Below are positions 12,548-25,251 of a stretch of DNA of 44,438 bases, one piece after another. Below the pieces are notes generated by a model. The model was not told the DNA's origin and did no database searches. It saw nothing but the letters and a program-made list of their open reading frames with translations. The translations under genes were made by a program, and so were the position numbers. Source of the DNA: Octopus sinensis. Taxonomy: Eukaryota. The first letter of the stretch is position 1. Each line of letters opens with the position of its first letter. The stretch is taken from contig NW_021834906.1 of assembly GCF_006345805.1 (NCBI RefSeq), positions 1 through 44,438 of the forward strand. Direction: 5' to 3'.

Positions 12548-12972
12548 CGCGTAGGAGTGGCTGTGTGGTAAGTAGCTTGCTTACCAACTACATGGCTCTG
12601 GGTTCAGTCCCACTGCGTGGGACTTGGGCAGTGTCTTCTACTACAGCCTCGGGACGACCAAAGCCTTGTGAGTGGATTTGGTAGATGGAAACTTAAAGAA
12701 GCCTGTGGTATGTATATATACGTATGCATTTATGCATGCATGTATGTATGTATGTATGTATGTATGTATGTATGTATGTACATGTTTCTGTGTCTCTGTT
12801 TATCCCCCCAACATCGCTTGACAACCGATGCTAGTGTTTACATCCCCGTAACGTGGTGTTTCGGCAAAAGAGACCGATAGAATAAGTACTACGCTTACAA
12901 AGAATAAGTCCTGGGGTTGATTTGCTCGACTAAAGTCGGTGCTCCAGCATGGCCACACTCACATGACTGAAA
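12548..12972 (+). mobile_element. SINE family A
   Basis: Collinear with family A; follows a (TA)n tract. Confidence 0.9.
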
Positions 12973-13336
12973 CGCATGTATATATATATATATATATATG
13001 CTTCTTTGTGTGTGTATGTGTGCGTGTTTGTGTGTGTGTGTGTACATATCTGTTACCTGTCTTGCATTCCTAATATCCGGAGTATCTAATTCACTGATAA
13101 ACGTGTCATTTAAGCGTCAACGAGTAATAAGTTAACGGTCCGTGCCATCTACGTATCATACACCATCATACAATATCAAAATACAAACTATAGTAACAAT
13201 TTTTCTTTTCTCTTGTAGATTCAGTTGAGTAACGAACTGGTTTCATCGAATTAGTAGCAAACTTAAATAGGTCTTATCACAAGCACGTATGCAAAACACA
13301 CGCAGTAACATTTATTATAAGAGCAAATCTTTGCCA

Positions 13337-13656
13337 ACCATCGGTTATGATGACGGGTGTCGCAGTTGATCCGATCACACGGAACAGGCTGGTCGGGAAA
13401 ACTAATGTGCAATTTGATGAGCGCTCTTCAGATACATGTACCCTTAACGTAACTCTCCGGGAGAATTTAGCGTGAAACAGAATGTAACAAGGCTTGTTCT
13501 TTGAAATATAGGTACGACTCATTTTTACCAGCTGAGTGGAGTGAAGCAGCGGGAAATAAATTGCCTTGCCCAAGGCCACAGCGCGCTGCCGGTTATCGAA
13601 CTCAGAATCTTACGATCATGAGCCGAATATCCTAATTACTAAGCTACGCACCTTCC
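13337..13656 (-). mobile_element. Old SINE with D-like head/CORE and B-like tail
   Basis: Minus: tRNA head, ccttgggcaagg..cactcagctggtaaaaatgag, then B-type tail gttaagggtac..gatcggatcaac. Confidence 0.7.
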
Positions 13657-13743
13657 ATAACTTAACTATGAAAGCATATGTTTAAACGATAGGGTGTCGA
13701 CTGAGGATGGTTTAACTGGTACTTATTAGTTTGATGACCATGT

Positions 13744-14109
13744 GGAAGCACTCCGTCGGTTACGACGATGAGGGTTCCGGTTGATCCGAATCAACGAAAC
13801 AGCCTGCTCGTGAAATTATCGTGTAAGTGGCTGAGGACTCCACAGACACGTGCGCCCTTAACGCAGTTCTCGGGGATATTCAGCGTGACACAGAGAGTGA
13901 CAAGGCCGGCCCTTTGAAATACAGGTACAACAGAAACAGGAAGTAAGAGTGGGAGAATGTTGTGGTGAAAGAGTACAGCAGGGATCACCACCACACCCCT
14001 GCCGGAGCGTCGTGGAGCTTTTTAGGTGTTTTCGCTCAATAAACACTCACAACTGCGATCCTACGACCACGAGTCCGCTGCCCTAACCACTGGGCCATTG
14101 CGCCTCCAC
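13744..14109 (-). mobile_element. SINE family B with 12-bp TSD
   Basis: TSD tgatgaccatgt at 13732-13743 and 14110-14121. Confidence 0.92.
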
Positions 14110-14702
14110 TGATGACCATGTAGAAACATGCTCATTGACTTAATGTCAAAATTTCGTCTGGTGCCAAACATTTCAATCGAACGAAATTATGTATTTCAAC
14201 CCTCACTATATTTACTTACATGATTTTGTAGTTGTTGCGTAACATCATTGTAGAATAATGAAGAATAAATTAGAATTTGAAAGAAATTGAATGTGGGAGG
14301 TAAAACAACGAAAGCAAATACCGTAGAATATATGGTTCGGCGCACAAACACCATGGTTATCAGCTATTTATACTTTGGCATTTAATCTTCAGAGGTACGT
14401 GGCTTATACGCGTTTAACTGTCATTGGTGTCACAAATTGTATGCCAATCTACTTAGCTGAGTTGTGAATTACAGTTTCCTGTTAAGTATTTCTACTACAT
14501 GTCTCTTTCAACCATCGATTTTCGAGACTTCATATACAATGCTGTTTCTTGCTGGATTGGTAAACTCCTTCCCTCTTTATAAACGCAAGTAATTTTCTCT
14601 AATCGCCCATCTGTGTCAGTCTATGTATGTATTTATGTATGCATGCATGCATGCATGTATGTATGTGTGTGCGTGCTTTTGTTAAAAAGTATTGCTTATA
14701 AC

Positions 14703-14934
14703 TATTTCTTTACTACCCACAAGGGGCTACACACAGAGGGGACAAACAAGGACAGACAAACGGATTAAATCGATTGCATCGACCCCAGTGCGTAACTGGT
14801 ACTTAATTTATCGACCCCGGAAGGATGAAAGGCAAAGTCGACCTCGGCAGAATTTGAACTCGGAACGTAACGGCAGACGAAATACGGCAACGCATTTCGC
14901 CCGGCGTGCTAACGTTTCTACCAGCTCGCCGCCT
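14703..14934 (-). mobile_element. SINE family C flanked by ~170-bp direct repeats
   Basis: Family C sequence; flanks 14525-14702 and 14937-15100 are direct copies. Confidence 0.9.
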
Positions 14935-15152
14935 TTAGACTTCATTTACAATTCTGTTTGCTGCTGGATTGATAAACTCCTTCCCTCTTTATAAACGCAA
15001 GTAATTTTCTCTAATTGCCCATCTGTATGACTGTAAGTCTGTCTGTCTACGTATGTATGTATGTGTGTGCGTGTTTTTGTTAAAAAGTATTGCTCATAAC
15101 GAGCGCGTAAAAATTCAAAATTAAACTTGTGCGATAGGAATAACTCAGTGCT

Positions 15153-15359
15153 CTCTTTACTCTTTTACTCTTTTACTTGTTTCAGTCATTTGACTGCGGC
15201 CATGCTGGAGCACCGCCTTTAGTCGAGCAAATCGACCCCGGGACTTATTCTTTGTAAACCCAGTACTTATTCTATCGGTCTCTTTTGCCGAACCGCTAAG
15301 TTACGGGGGATGTAAACACACCAGCATCGGTTGTCAAGCAATGCTAGGGGGACGAACAG

Positions 15360-15390
<31 letters not shown>

Positions 15391-15507
15391 CATAAACGAC
15401 AGGCGTCTTTGAGTTTCCGTCTACCAAATCCACTCACAAGGCATTGGTCGGCCCGGGGCTATAGCAGAAGACACTTGCCCATGATGCCGCACAGTGGGAC
15501 TGAACCC
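15153..15507 (-). mobile_element. SINE family A, 5'-truncated
   Basis: Lacks roughly the first 45 nt of the head. Confidence 0.9.
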
Positions 15508-15707
15508 GTTGAAATTTTTAATTTTGAAAGTAATTAGTGTCATGTGGTCCCAGGTTTTCTGAAGTTTTAACGGTTTTAAATAACATATTGCTTCTTCAAT
15601 TCTTGAAATATTTTAGCATCTATTGCGCATAAATCCTAACTATTTCAAAATTACATCTGCAATAATCTGCTGTTGGAAAGTTTTCGCAAGCGTCAGAGTT
15701 ATAGCTA

Positions 15708-15747
15708 TAATAATAATAATAATAATATAATAATAATAATAATAATG

Positions 15748-15783
<36 letters not shown>

Positions 15784-15861
15784 GTAATATAATAATAATA
15801 ATAATAATAGTAATAGTAATAGTAATAGTAATAGTAATAATAATAAAATAATAATAGTAAC

Positions 15862-15924
<63 letters not shown>

Positions 15925-15987
15925 TAATAATAATAATAACAATAATAATAATAATAATAATATAATAATAATAATAATAATAATAAC

Positions 15988-16021
<34 letters not shown>

Positions 16022-16142
16022 TAATAGTAATAATAATAATAATAATATAATAATAATAATAATAATAATATAATAATAGTAATAATAATAATAATAATAA
16101 TAATATAATAATAGTAATAATAATAGTAATAATAATAATAAT

Positions 16143-16180
<38 letters not shown>

Positions 16181-16245
16181 AATAATAGTAATAATAATAA
16201 TAATAGTAATAATATATAATAATAATAATAATAATAATAATGATA
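15708..16245. repeat. (AAT)n microsatellite, ~540 bp
   Basis: Direct reading. Confidence 0.97.
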
Positions 16246-17220
16246 AAAACAAACGTAGCCTTCACTCGCAATACGCGGTTGGTTTTTTTCGTCTTAAGGA
16301 GTTTATCTGTGATTTAAGTTGAGTGTTTTTGCTTGTTTTTTTTTTTTAACGAACAGTTGTCAACGATTTTTCTCAAAATCTTTAACGATGCATTTAGGTG
16401 AAAAGGGGCATCAGAAAACCGGATACACAAATCATGTCTTCAACTGCCGCTTACCACTATCACAGCTACAGGTCATGATTTCAACAAACAAAAATAATGA
16501 AGAGATGGATGAAGTGGATAAAAAAAAAAAAAACAGAAAAAAAAAATACAAGAAGAAGCATTTTACAAGTACAAATGACAACATAAAAAATGAGTTTAAC
16601 GGCAAGATGTTACGAATAATATCTAATAAAAAAAAAAGCGCAATAAATATAACGAAAACTAATTTCCGGTACTAAGAAAATTATGCTTAAAGAAATCGAC
16701 AATCGAGCTTCGCAAAATAATTAAATCAATAAATAAATGAGTGAATGAATAAATAAATAAATAAATAAATAAACCTTTGCTACTTAGCAACGGAGAAGAA
16801 AAATTCTAAATACTTTCGTAATTTTGACTTCATAAAAAATTTAATCTTTTAACGATTATCATTTTTATAGATAGAGTTGACCGTAAGGTACAATTTTATA
16901 TTAAAATTTATTGCCTATTTCCTCCATAATTTATTCATCCCTACCATATACTCTCTTCCTCAGTTAGGAGTTATAGAGATACTAATGAATACTAAGCTTA
17001 GACTATTAAAAACTGTCACGGCAACTTGTTTAAGAAGTCCGCTTCCGCAAAATCTTACTTTGGGTTTTGATAATTTATTATCGTTGAGAGGTGTTTTTTT
17101 TAGACGGAATTTGTGTGTAAACCTATCTGACTTTCCTTGTATAAACAACATGAAATGTGGAGTGGGAATCTTGCATGTATAAAACTTGCCTACACCTGAG
17201 CATACATGTACAAATCTTTA

Positions 17221-17610
17221 AGGAGGCGCAATGGCCCAGTGGTTAGGGCAGCGGACACGCGATCGTAGGATCGCGGTTTCGATTCCCAGACCGGGCGTTG
17301 TGAGTGTTTATTGAGCGAAAACACCTAAAAGCTCCACGAGGCTCCGGCAGGGGATGGTGGTGATCCCTGCTGTACTCTTTCACCACAACTTTCTCTCACT
17401 CTTACTTCCTGTTTCTCTTGTACCTGTATTTCAAAGGGCCGGCCTTGTCACTCTCTGTGTCACGCTGAATATCCCCGAAAACTACGTTAAGGGTGCACAT
17501 GTCTGTGGAGTGCTCAGCCACTTACACGTTAATTTCACGAGCAGGCTGTTCCGTTGATCGGATCAACCGGAACCCTCGTCGTCGTAGCCGACGGAGTGCT
17601 TCCAAACAAA
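17221..17610 (+). mobile_element. SINE family B with 11-bp TSD
   Basis: TSD acaaatcttta at 17210-17220 and 17611-17621. Confidence 0.92.
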
Positions 17611-17896
17611 ACAAATCTTTAGCTACTTGGCAGTAGTGCATGAGTGATTACATAGAGCCCAGGTTGTTTTTGACGGGTAATTTGATTAATCGAGCCATGT
17701 AAAGATAAAAGATAAAATTGACCAGATCGGGATTTCGAATTAGTTACAAAGGGCCCGAGATACTCTACCAATTCTGATGTTCGTCGTCTTTTTTGTATGT
17801 AGTGCAAATCTAAATGTTTTTAAATTGTGAGGCATGGTCATTTGACTCAACTCCTGTATTTGACCAGAATAGATTATTTGTTTGATTCTGGATGGA

Positions 17897-18328
17897 TGGA
17901 AGCACTCCGTCGGTTACGACGACGAGGGTTCCGGTTGATCCGATCAACGGAACAGCCTGCTCGTGAAATTAACGTGTAAGTGGCTGAGCACTCCACAGAC
18001 ACGTGTACCCTTAACGTAGTTCTCGGGGAGTGTTTATTGAGCGATAACACCTAAAGCTCCATGAGGCTCCGGCAGGGATGGTGGTGATCCCTGCTGTACT
18101 CTTTCACCACAACTTTCTCTCACTCTTACTTCCTGTTTCTGTTGTACCTGTATTTCAAAGGGCCGGCCTTGTCACTCTCTGTGTCACGCTGAATATCCCC
18201 GAGAACTACGTTATGGGTACACGTGTCTGTGGAGTGCTCAGCCACTTACACGTTAATTTCACGAGCAGGCTGTTCCGTTGATCGGATCAACCGGAACCCT
18301 CGTCGTCGTAACCGACGGAGTGCTTCCA
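17897..18328. mobile_element. Headless SINE B with its 3' end duplicated in inverted, tail-out orientation
   Basis: 17897-18029 is the reverse complement of 18196-18328 (133 bp, one mismatch seen); the spacer is mid-SINE sequence. Confidence 0.9.
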
Positions 18329-18429
18329 ATCCATATGATATAGTTGTCAATGATTCACTATGGTTTAAAAGATAATTTGAGATGGTCACGACATGAATTT
18401 ATTCTTTACCATTGGTGGGCTCGATCAGG

Positions 18430-18915
18430 ATTGAACTGCAGCTAACAAAAACGGCATCAATAATGTGTGACTGGTTACCTCATATTGGACACCAGAATAT
18501 GCATGGAAAATATGCTCGAGTAAATAACTCACTACCACTATCTCTGTCATTGAAAACTTTATAAAGGAATGGAGGAACGCATCTTCAGATAAAGAAAAAT
18601 TAAATGTAAGAAGAGTAAAGAACAAAAATATTGTGACCCTCTGGAATATATGCAAATACGAACAAATAAAAAAGATAGAAAATGAGCAGTCCTTCATATC
18701 ACTATAAAAAGACAGGATATCTAAGTCTTTGATACATATTAATGTAGTTTCACCAACGGCCAATAATAACGTTGTGAATTGAAAAGGGTTGAAAAACTCT
18801 CCAAATATAAAAGACTGAAAATAGAAATATTGAAGATATGGAATATGGAATGGATATGACAACAGCTCCTGTAATTATAGGAGTTGTTGGGAACAAAGCA
18901 GGAAAAATATAGCAC
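18430..18915 (+). mobile_element. Decayed R4/Dong-type RLE LINE fragment
   Basis: QNMHGKYAR, EKLSKYKRLKIEILKIWNM and APVIIGVVG across frameshifts. Confidence 0.7.
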
Positions 18916-19110
18916 GGTACAAAGCAGAAATAAAGTTTATAAACAAAACAGAAAGCAAAACTAAAAAAAAAAAAAACGATATCGAAGAACAATAACGTAA
19001 AAACCAAAAAAACAAAAAAACAAAAAACAAAAAACAAAACCCCCATTAAGTTCAGAAGATAGCCGCCATAGGATGTATCATATTCCGCGATAAATATTGT
19101 GAGAGAAATC

Positions 19111-19129
19111 TAATAATAATAATATAATA

Positions 19130-19207
<78 letters not shown>

Positions 19208-19245
19208 TAATAATAATAATAATAATGATAATAATAATAATAATA

Positions 19246-19288
<43 letters not shown>

Positions 19289-19308
19289 TAATAATAATAA
19301 TAATAATG

Positions 19309-19339
<31 letters not shown>

Positions 19340-19378
19340 AATAATAATAATAATAATAAGAAGAAGAATAACAATAAA

Positions 19379-19426
<48 letters not shown>

Positions 19427-19539
19427 TAATAATAATAATAATATAATAATATAATAATAATAATAATAATGATAATAATAATAATAATAATAATAATATA
19501 ATAATATAATAATAATAATAATAATAATTATTATTATTA
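19111..19539. repeat. (AAT)n microsatellite, ~430 bp
   Basis: Direct reading. Confidence 0.97.
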
Positions 19540-19914
19540 GAAAGAGGAGAGGGGGTACAGGAAGGGAAAAAAGAAAAAAAGGAAAGGAAGAAAGAAAAAG
19601 AAAAGAAAGAAAGAATAGATATATACGCAAAATATAGTTCATATTAATAGCTTCTCGTTGTTGTTTAGCTACAGGCTAGATCAGATCGAGAAGACCTATG
19701 ATCAAAGGCATTGAAATTACGATCATTCCCCCCCCTTTTCGCATATACAACGTGTCTTTCATTTATTGAAGACGTTACTGGATGATTTGAAAGAGATTCG
19801 GTTGTCAGTTCCAAAAAACAGATTGATCGTCAACGCGGTGGTTCAATTGTTTGGGTTAGTAAAAGCATAAAAGTTTCTTACGATAGACGTACTGCAAGGA
19901 GGCCTCGACTCTTG

Positions 19915-20128
19915 TCGTCGTCGTTGTAGTAGTAGTAGTAGTAGTAGTAGTAGTTGTTGTTGTTGTTGTAGTAGTAGTAATAGTAGTAGTGGTAATAGTA
20001 GCAGTAGTAGTAGTAATAGTAGTAGCAGTAATATAAACAGATCACACAAATAGAGGTAGTAGTGGTAGTAGTAGTAGTAGTAGTGGTAGTAGTGGTAATA
20101 CTAGTAGTAGTAGTAGTAATAGTAATAG

Positions 20129-20184
<56 letters not shown>

Positions 20185-20212
20185 GTAGTAGTAGTAGTAG
20201 TAGTAGTAGTAT
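19915..20212. repeat. Compound (TAG)n/(TTG)n/(TTA)n microsatellite
   Basis: Direct reading. Confidence 0.95.
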
Positions 20213-20357
20213 GAGGATACAAAGACATAAAATGAGTATTTACATAGAATGAAAATGATTAAAAAATGGTATTGCGCCGTATACAGAAGTTGTTTTTAAA
20301 AAACAGCAAACTGATGCTGATAGTGTAATCCTACTGGTGCAGCAGGACTCTCTAGAG

Positions 20358-20931
20358 CATTGGTTCTCAATCTGGATCCATATGGCCCCCGAAGGCCTAT
20401 ATGTGATTTGGGGGGATTCCACATAATATAGTAAATTTGGGATCCACGATAGTATTTTAAGGGCTCTGGAAAATATTTTGCTTTAAATGTACGTATTAGT
20501 ATATGCATTGTAAGAAACAGATAGGTTTCTTTCTCTGACATTTTACAGAGTTCAACCTACACAAGTTAATGTGTGAAAAACGAAATAGGAATTTTGGAAG
20601 AAGTTCCTATAAAACTAGTTTTTAAATATAGAATTGGCTATGGGGGTTCCACTATCATAAAATAGTTATCAAAGAAGTCCATAGATGAAAAATGGTTGAG
20701 AACCCCTGCTTTAGATGTATGTATTGTAAGAAACAGCTAGGTTTCTTTCTCTAACATTTTACATAGTTCAAACCTACACAAGTTAATGTGTGAGAAAAAA
20801 CAAAATGGAAATTTTTAAAGAAGTGTCTATAAAACTAGTTTTTAAATATCGAATGGTTTAGGGGATCCACCAGAATAAAATAGTAATCAAAGAAGTCCAT
20901 AGATAATAAAAAATATAGCCGAGAACACCTG
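20358..20931. mobile_element. hAT (Charlie-like) MITE with internally duplicated 3' half
   Basis: TIR cattggttctcaa vs gagaacacctg; 8-bp TSD-like ctctagag/ttctagag; extra right end ggttgagaacccctg at ~20694-20708; ~215-bp tandem duplication. Confidence 0.7.
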
Positions 20932-20990
20932 TTCTAGAGGAATTCAAGGAACTCACTATCCAAGGGTTCTCTGAACCAATGGCAAGAACC

Positions 20991-21473
20991 TTCTTTTACT
21001 TGTTTCAGTCATCTGACTGCGGCCATGATGGGGCACCGCCTTCAATTTTTATTCGAATGAATCGACCCCACGACTTATTTTATAAACCAAGAGCTTATTT
21101 TATTGGTCCCTTTGCTGAGGCGCTTAAGTTACGGGGATGTCATCACACCAACACTGGCTGCCAAAGTGGTGGTGGTGGGGGGGGGGACAAAAACACAGCC
21201 ACACATACATACACTCAATCGATTTTTATCAGTTTCCGTAAACCAAACCCACTTACAACGCTTTGGTTGGCCCAAGGCTGTAGTAGAAAACACTTGCCAA
21301 ATGTTCCACAGAGAGGGAGAGAACCCTGAACCATGTGGTTGGAAAGCGAGTTTCTTACAAACACACACACACATAACAGTAGACATTTGCCCAAGGCGCC
21401 ATGCAGTGAGATTGAACCTGGCACCGTGTGACTGGGAAGCAAGTTTTTTTTACCACAAAGCCACGCCTGCGCC
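20991..21473 (-). mobile_element. Diverged SINE family A plus a second head fragment
   Basis: Body 20991-21358 and extra head 21383-21473, both minus. Confidence 0.75.
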
Positions 21474-21600
21474 TGTTTATTCATTAACTTGTTCAACGCA
21501 GGCTTTGATTGCTACACGCTGGTACTGGCTGGCCTGTGCGGTTGTGCGAAAAGACATCATAGGTCTGTACTGCGCGACGGCACATTCAACCTCCACAAGA

Positions 21601-21894
21601 TACTTATGTCTAATCTGTGCTTCTGTAATCTTTCTAGCTTCTTTCGCTGGCACTTATCACCAACAAAATCCACCACCACCATCACCACCACCACCACCAC
21701 TACCACCACCACCACCACCACCGTCACCAACACCGCCATCACCACCACAACAACCATCACCAACAAAATCCAACACCACCACCACTACCACCACCACCAC
21801 CACCACCACCACTACCGTCACCAACACCACCATCACCACAACAACAACCATCACCAACAAAATCCACCACCACCACCACCACCACTGCTGTCAT

Positions 21895-21928
<34 letters not shown>

Positions 21929-22886
21929 GCTGCCGCTACTAATACTACTACTACTACTACTACCACTACTATTGCTACTACTACTGTCACATACACAGTC
22001 ACGTGCACACATACACATAATCTCAGACGGGTACACCGAGAGACAGACATGAATACGCATATACACACATATATACACACACAAATATATCATTCCGAAG
22101 TACCTTGTTTACAGGAATAAATTAAACTTGACTTTAAAAGGCGGAAAAAAAACACGAATTTGTAGAGATGATGATGATGATGAGGAGGAGGAGGAAAGGG
22201 GTGAGGAGGACAAGGAGGAGGGCAAAGAGGAGGCGGAGGAAAACGAGGACGAGTAAAAAGGAGGATGACAACAACGATGACGATGACAACAATGATGAGG
22301 ATGATGATGGTGGTGGTGGTGGTGGTGGTGGTGGTGGTGGTGGAGGTAGTGGTGAGGACGATGGTGGTGGTGGTATCGGTGATGGTTGTTGTTGTGGTGA
22401 TGGTGGTGTTGGTGACGGTAGTGGTGGTGGATTTTGTTGGTGATGGTTGTTGTTGTGATGATGGTGGTGTTGGTGACGGTAGTGGTGGTGTTGGTGGTGG
22501 TGGTGGTGGATTTTGTTGGTGGTGGTTGTTGTTGTGATGATGGTGGTGTTGGTGACGGTAGTGGTAGTGTTGTTGGTGGTTGTGGTGGATTTTGTTGGTG
22601 GTGGTTGTTGTTGTGATGATGGTGGTGTTGGTGACGGTAGTGGTGGTGTTGTTGGTGGTTGTGGTGGATTTTGTTGGTGGTGGTTGTTGTTGTGATGATG
22701 GTGGTGTTGGTGACGGTAGTGGTGGTGTTGTTGGTGGTTGTGGTGGATTTTGTTGGTGATGGTTGTTGTTGTGATGATGGTGGTGTTGGTGGTAGTGGTG
22801 GTGGTGGTGGTAGTGGTGGTGGATTTTGTTGGTGATAAGTGCCAGCGAAAGAAGCTAGAAAGATTACAGAAGCACAGACATAAGTA
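21601..22886. repeat. 1.3-kb inverted repeat with unique outer ~60 bp and inner ACC-rich minisatellite arms
   Basis: 21601-21671 matches the reverse complement of ~22821-22886 apart from a 5-nt indel. Right arm has ~6 units with ggattttgttgg spaced 79,79,79,79,76 bp; left arm has ~3 units. Confidence 0.85.
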
Positions 22887-23432
22887 ATAATAAAGGAAGA
22901 AAAAAAAATCATTTAGAAATAAGCCATCATCAATTTAAAAGAAAAATATAAGAAGGAAATCAGATTGAGGGAAAACACTGGTGCTACATTAAACAATCAG
23001 ACACAATGCACCTTTATCGAAATAGACGGTCTGATAAAGATAAAGGATAAAAGGCCATCAAGATCCCAATACGTTCGTTGAATTTTAACTACAGGAAGAT
23101 CATTGAAAGGTCAATAATATGAACAGCTTTTAATGTAAGTTTTCTTTGCTAACGCCGTATAAGAATAGATAAGGATTGCAATAACATTCCGAATCAATTT
23201 GCTAATGTCTTGTCCGTAAATGGTTTTAAAGAGAGGACAAGCAAGAGAGGTTGCGAATGCGTTGAGTGCAAAATATTTCTCTCCTCATAATGTGAAAGAT
23301 GAAGTTTGTATGTAAATATATATATGTGTGTACCTATGTTTGGCTCAGTGTATAGTGTATGTATGTATGTATGTCTAAACGTACATACATATATGTGTAT
23401 ATATATACATACAAACGTCTATAAACGTATAA

Positions 23433-23466
<34 letters not shown>

Positions 23467-23494
23467 CGTATATTCTTTTTTCTTTTCTTCTTCT

Positions 23495-23531
<37 letters not shown>

Positions 23532-23569
23532 TAATAATACTTATTATTATCATTATTATTATTATTATT

Positions 23570-23603
<34 letters not shown>

Positions 23604-23631
23604 AAGAAAACACGATGACGATAATAATAAT

Positions 23632-23711
<80 letters not shown>

Positions 23712-23738
23712 TAATAATAAAAATAATACTTATTATTA

Positions 23739-23789
<51 letters not shown>

Positions 23790-23790
23790 T

Positions 23791-24020
23791 ATCATCGTTT
23801 TTCTTTTCCCGGGTTATCCATGTCAAGCATCAGCTCTTTCTGAAGCTTAGAGACACGACACATTCTTCACCACATGTGCTGTTCCGACAATTGCTGCAAA
23901 CTTTGTACTTCCTAAGAAGTTTGCTATTTCCAGCTTTCCAAGCCGGAATATTGCTTTCTTTGAGAAGGTCTTAAATTCCCCGATCACGACAGGTATCACG
24001 TTCACTTTTGAGCCTGTGTG
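23791..24020 (-). mobile_element. R4/Dong-type LINE 3' fragment
   Basis: VIPVVIGEF..LEIANFLGS..AAIVGTAHVV then 3' UTR and (AAT)n on minus. Confidence 0.75.
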
Positions 24021-24044
24021 ATTATTATTATTATTATTATTATT

Positions 24045-24335
24045 GAGTGAGAGAGCAGTGCATGCCATCAAAGTGACATTGGGGTAAAATATACGAAGCC
24101 CAATATACCCATCATGACTACCCGTCTGATAAAGGTACACCAGGCACATGCATCACAACCATATGTGCGCGACATGGTGATCTCATATCAAGATAAACAG
24201 CACATGACCTTGCAGGGGGGCCCAGTTAGAAATTTCTTCAGGTTGAGTAGCCCATCCCGCTCAAAAGGTCCCTGAATAAGGATTGTTTAAGGATGTTGAA
24301 AGAACCACCCATGTTTCCAGAGGTGAATTATTCAA

Positions 24336-24336
<1 letters not shown>
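24045..24336 (-). mobile_element. Non-coding (AAT)n-tailed retroposon E, 5'-truncated
   Basis: Reverse complement of the 3' half of 39391-39945; (AAT)n on both sides. Confidence 0.8.
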
Positions 24337-24401
<65 letters not shown>

Positions 24402-24402
<1 letters not shown>

Positions 24403-25069
24403 CTTACATATTAAAACTGAAAATGTCTCTGTGCGTGTGTGTGTGTGTATTGGTATGTCCTCATTTTGCGCCAAAACGGCTCGACCTTTTTTTCTTAAAC
24501 TTCGCATGCACATTGCTTATGTGTCTGGGGAGGTTTTAAGCATAAATTGATTTCGAAAAAATGTTCTGGTAATCGCCGGGAGGAATAACATATGGGCATG
24601 AGTGAACGGTGGGTGTAATAACTTTTAAGCTTCCAAGGGAAATAACCCGTTCCTTCCCGGAAATAACCACCAAGGGAAATAATCTATTCATGTTCAGTTT
24701 GCGTATTTCTTAGTATTTCAACTATTATAGTTATTTTCTCAATTTATCCAATACAACACTTAAACAAGTAAATAGTATTCTCCTAAACAATAGATCCACT
24801 TATTTCGGCCGTATATATGTGTATATTTGTGTATGTGTGTGCGTGCGTCTTGTGTTTCTACCCCCACCATTGCTTGGCAACTGATGTTGCTGTGTTTAAA
24901 TTCCCGTAACTTAGCGGTTTGGTAAGAGACACTGACAGAATGAGTACTAAGCTTACAAAGAATAAATCCTGCGGTGCTCCAGCATAGCCGAAGTCACATG
25001 AATGCAACAAGTAAAACAATAAAAATCTATGCCATTTTAATCCCGAGCAAGGCTGGGTATCTCTGCTAG
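24402..25069 (+). mobile_element. Non-autonomous Helitron containing a SINE A fragment (~24806-25020)
   Basis: A|TC start, subterminal hairpin cccgagcaaggctggg, CTAG|T end. Confidence 0.75.
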
Positions 25070-25251
25070 TTTTTATTATTATCAGTTAATCACTAGGGTC
25101 GATGTAATCGACTTAATCCTCTTGTCTGTCTTTGTCGGTCCCTTCTGTGTTTAGCCCCATGTGGGCAATAAATAAATAATAATAATAATAATAATAATTA
25201 TTATTATTATATTATTATTATTATTATTATATTATTATTATTATTATTATT

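Noticed and set aside
22380-22832. Regularly spaced 79-bp repeats as a CRISPR-like array
   Set aside because: The units are near-identical throughout with no unique spacers, the context is eukaryotic, and there are no cas genes.
22826-22865. TGATAA..GCGAAAG..CTA in the outer arm of the 1.3-kb inverted repeat as an HHR
   Set aside because: No 3-8 pair and no stem I.
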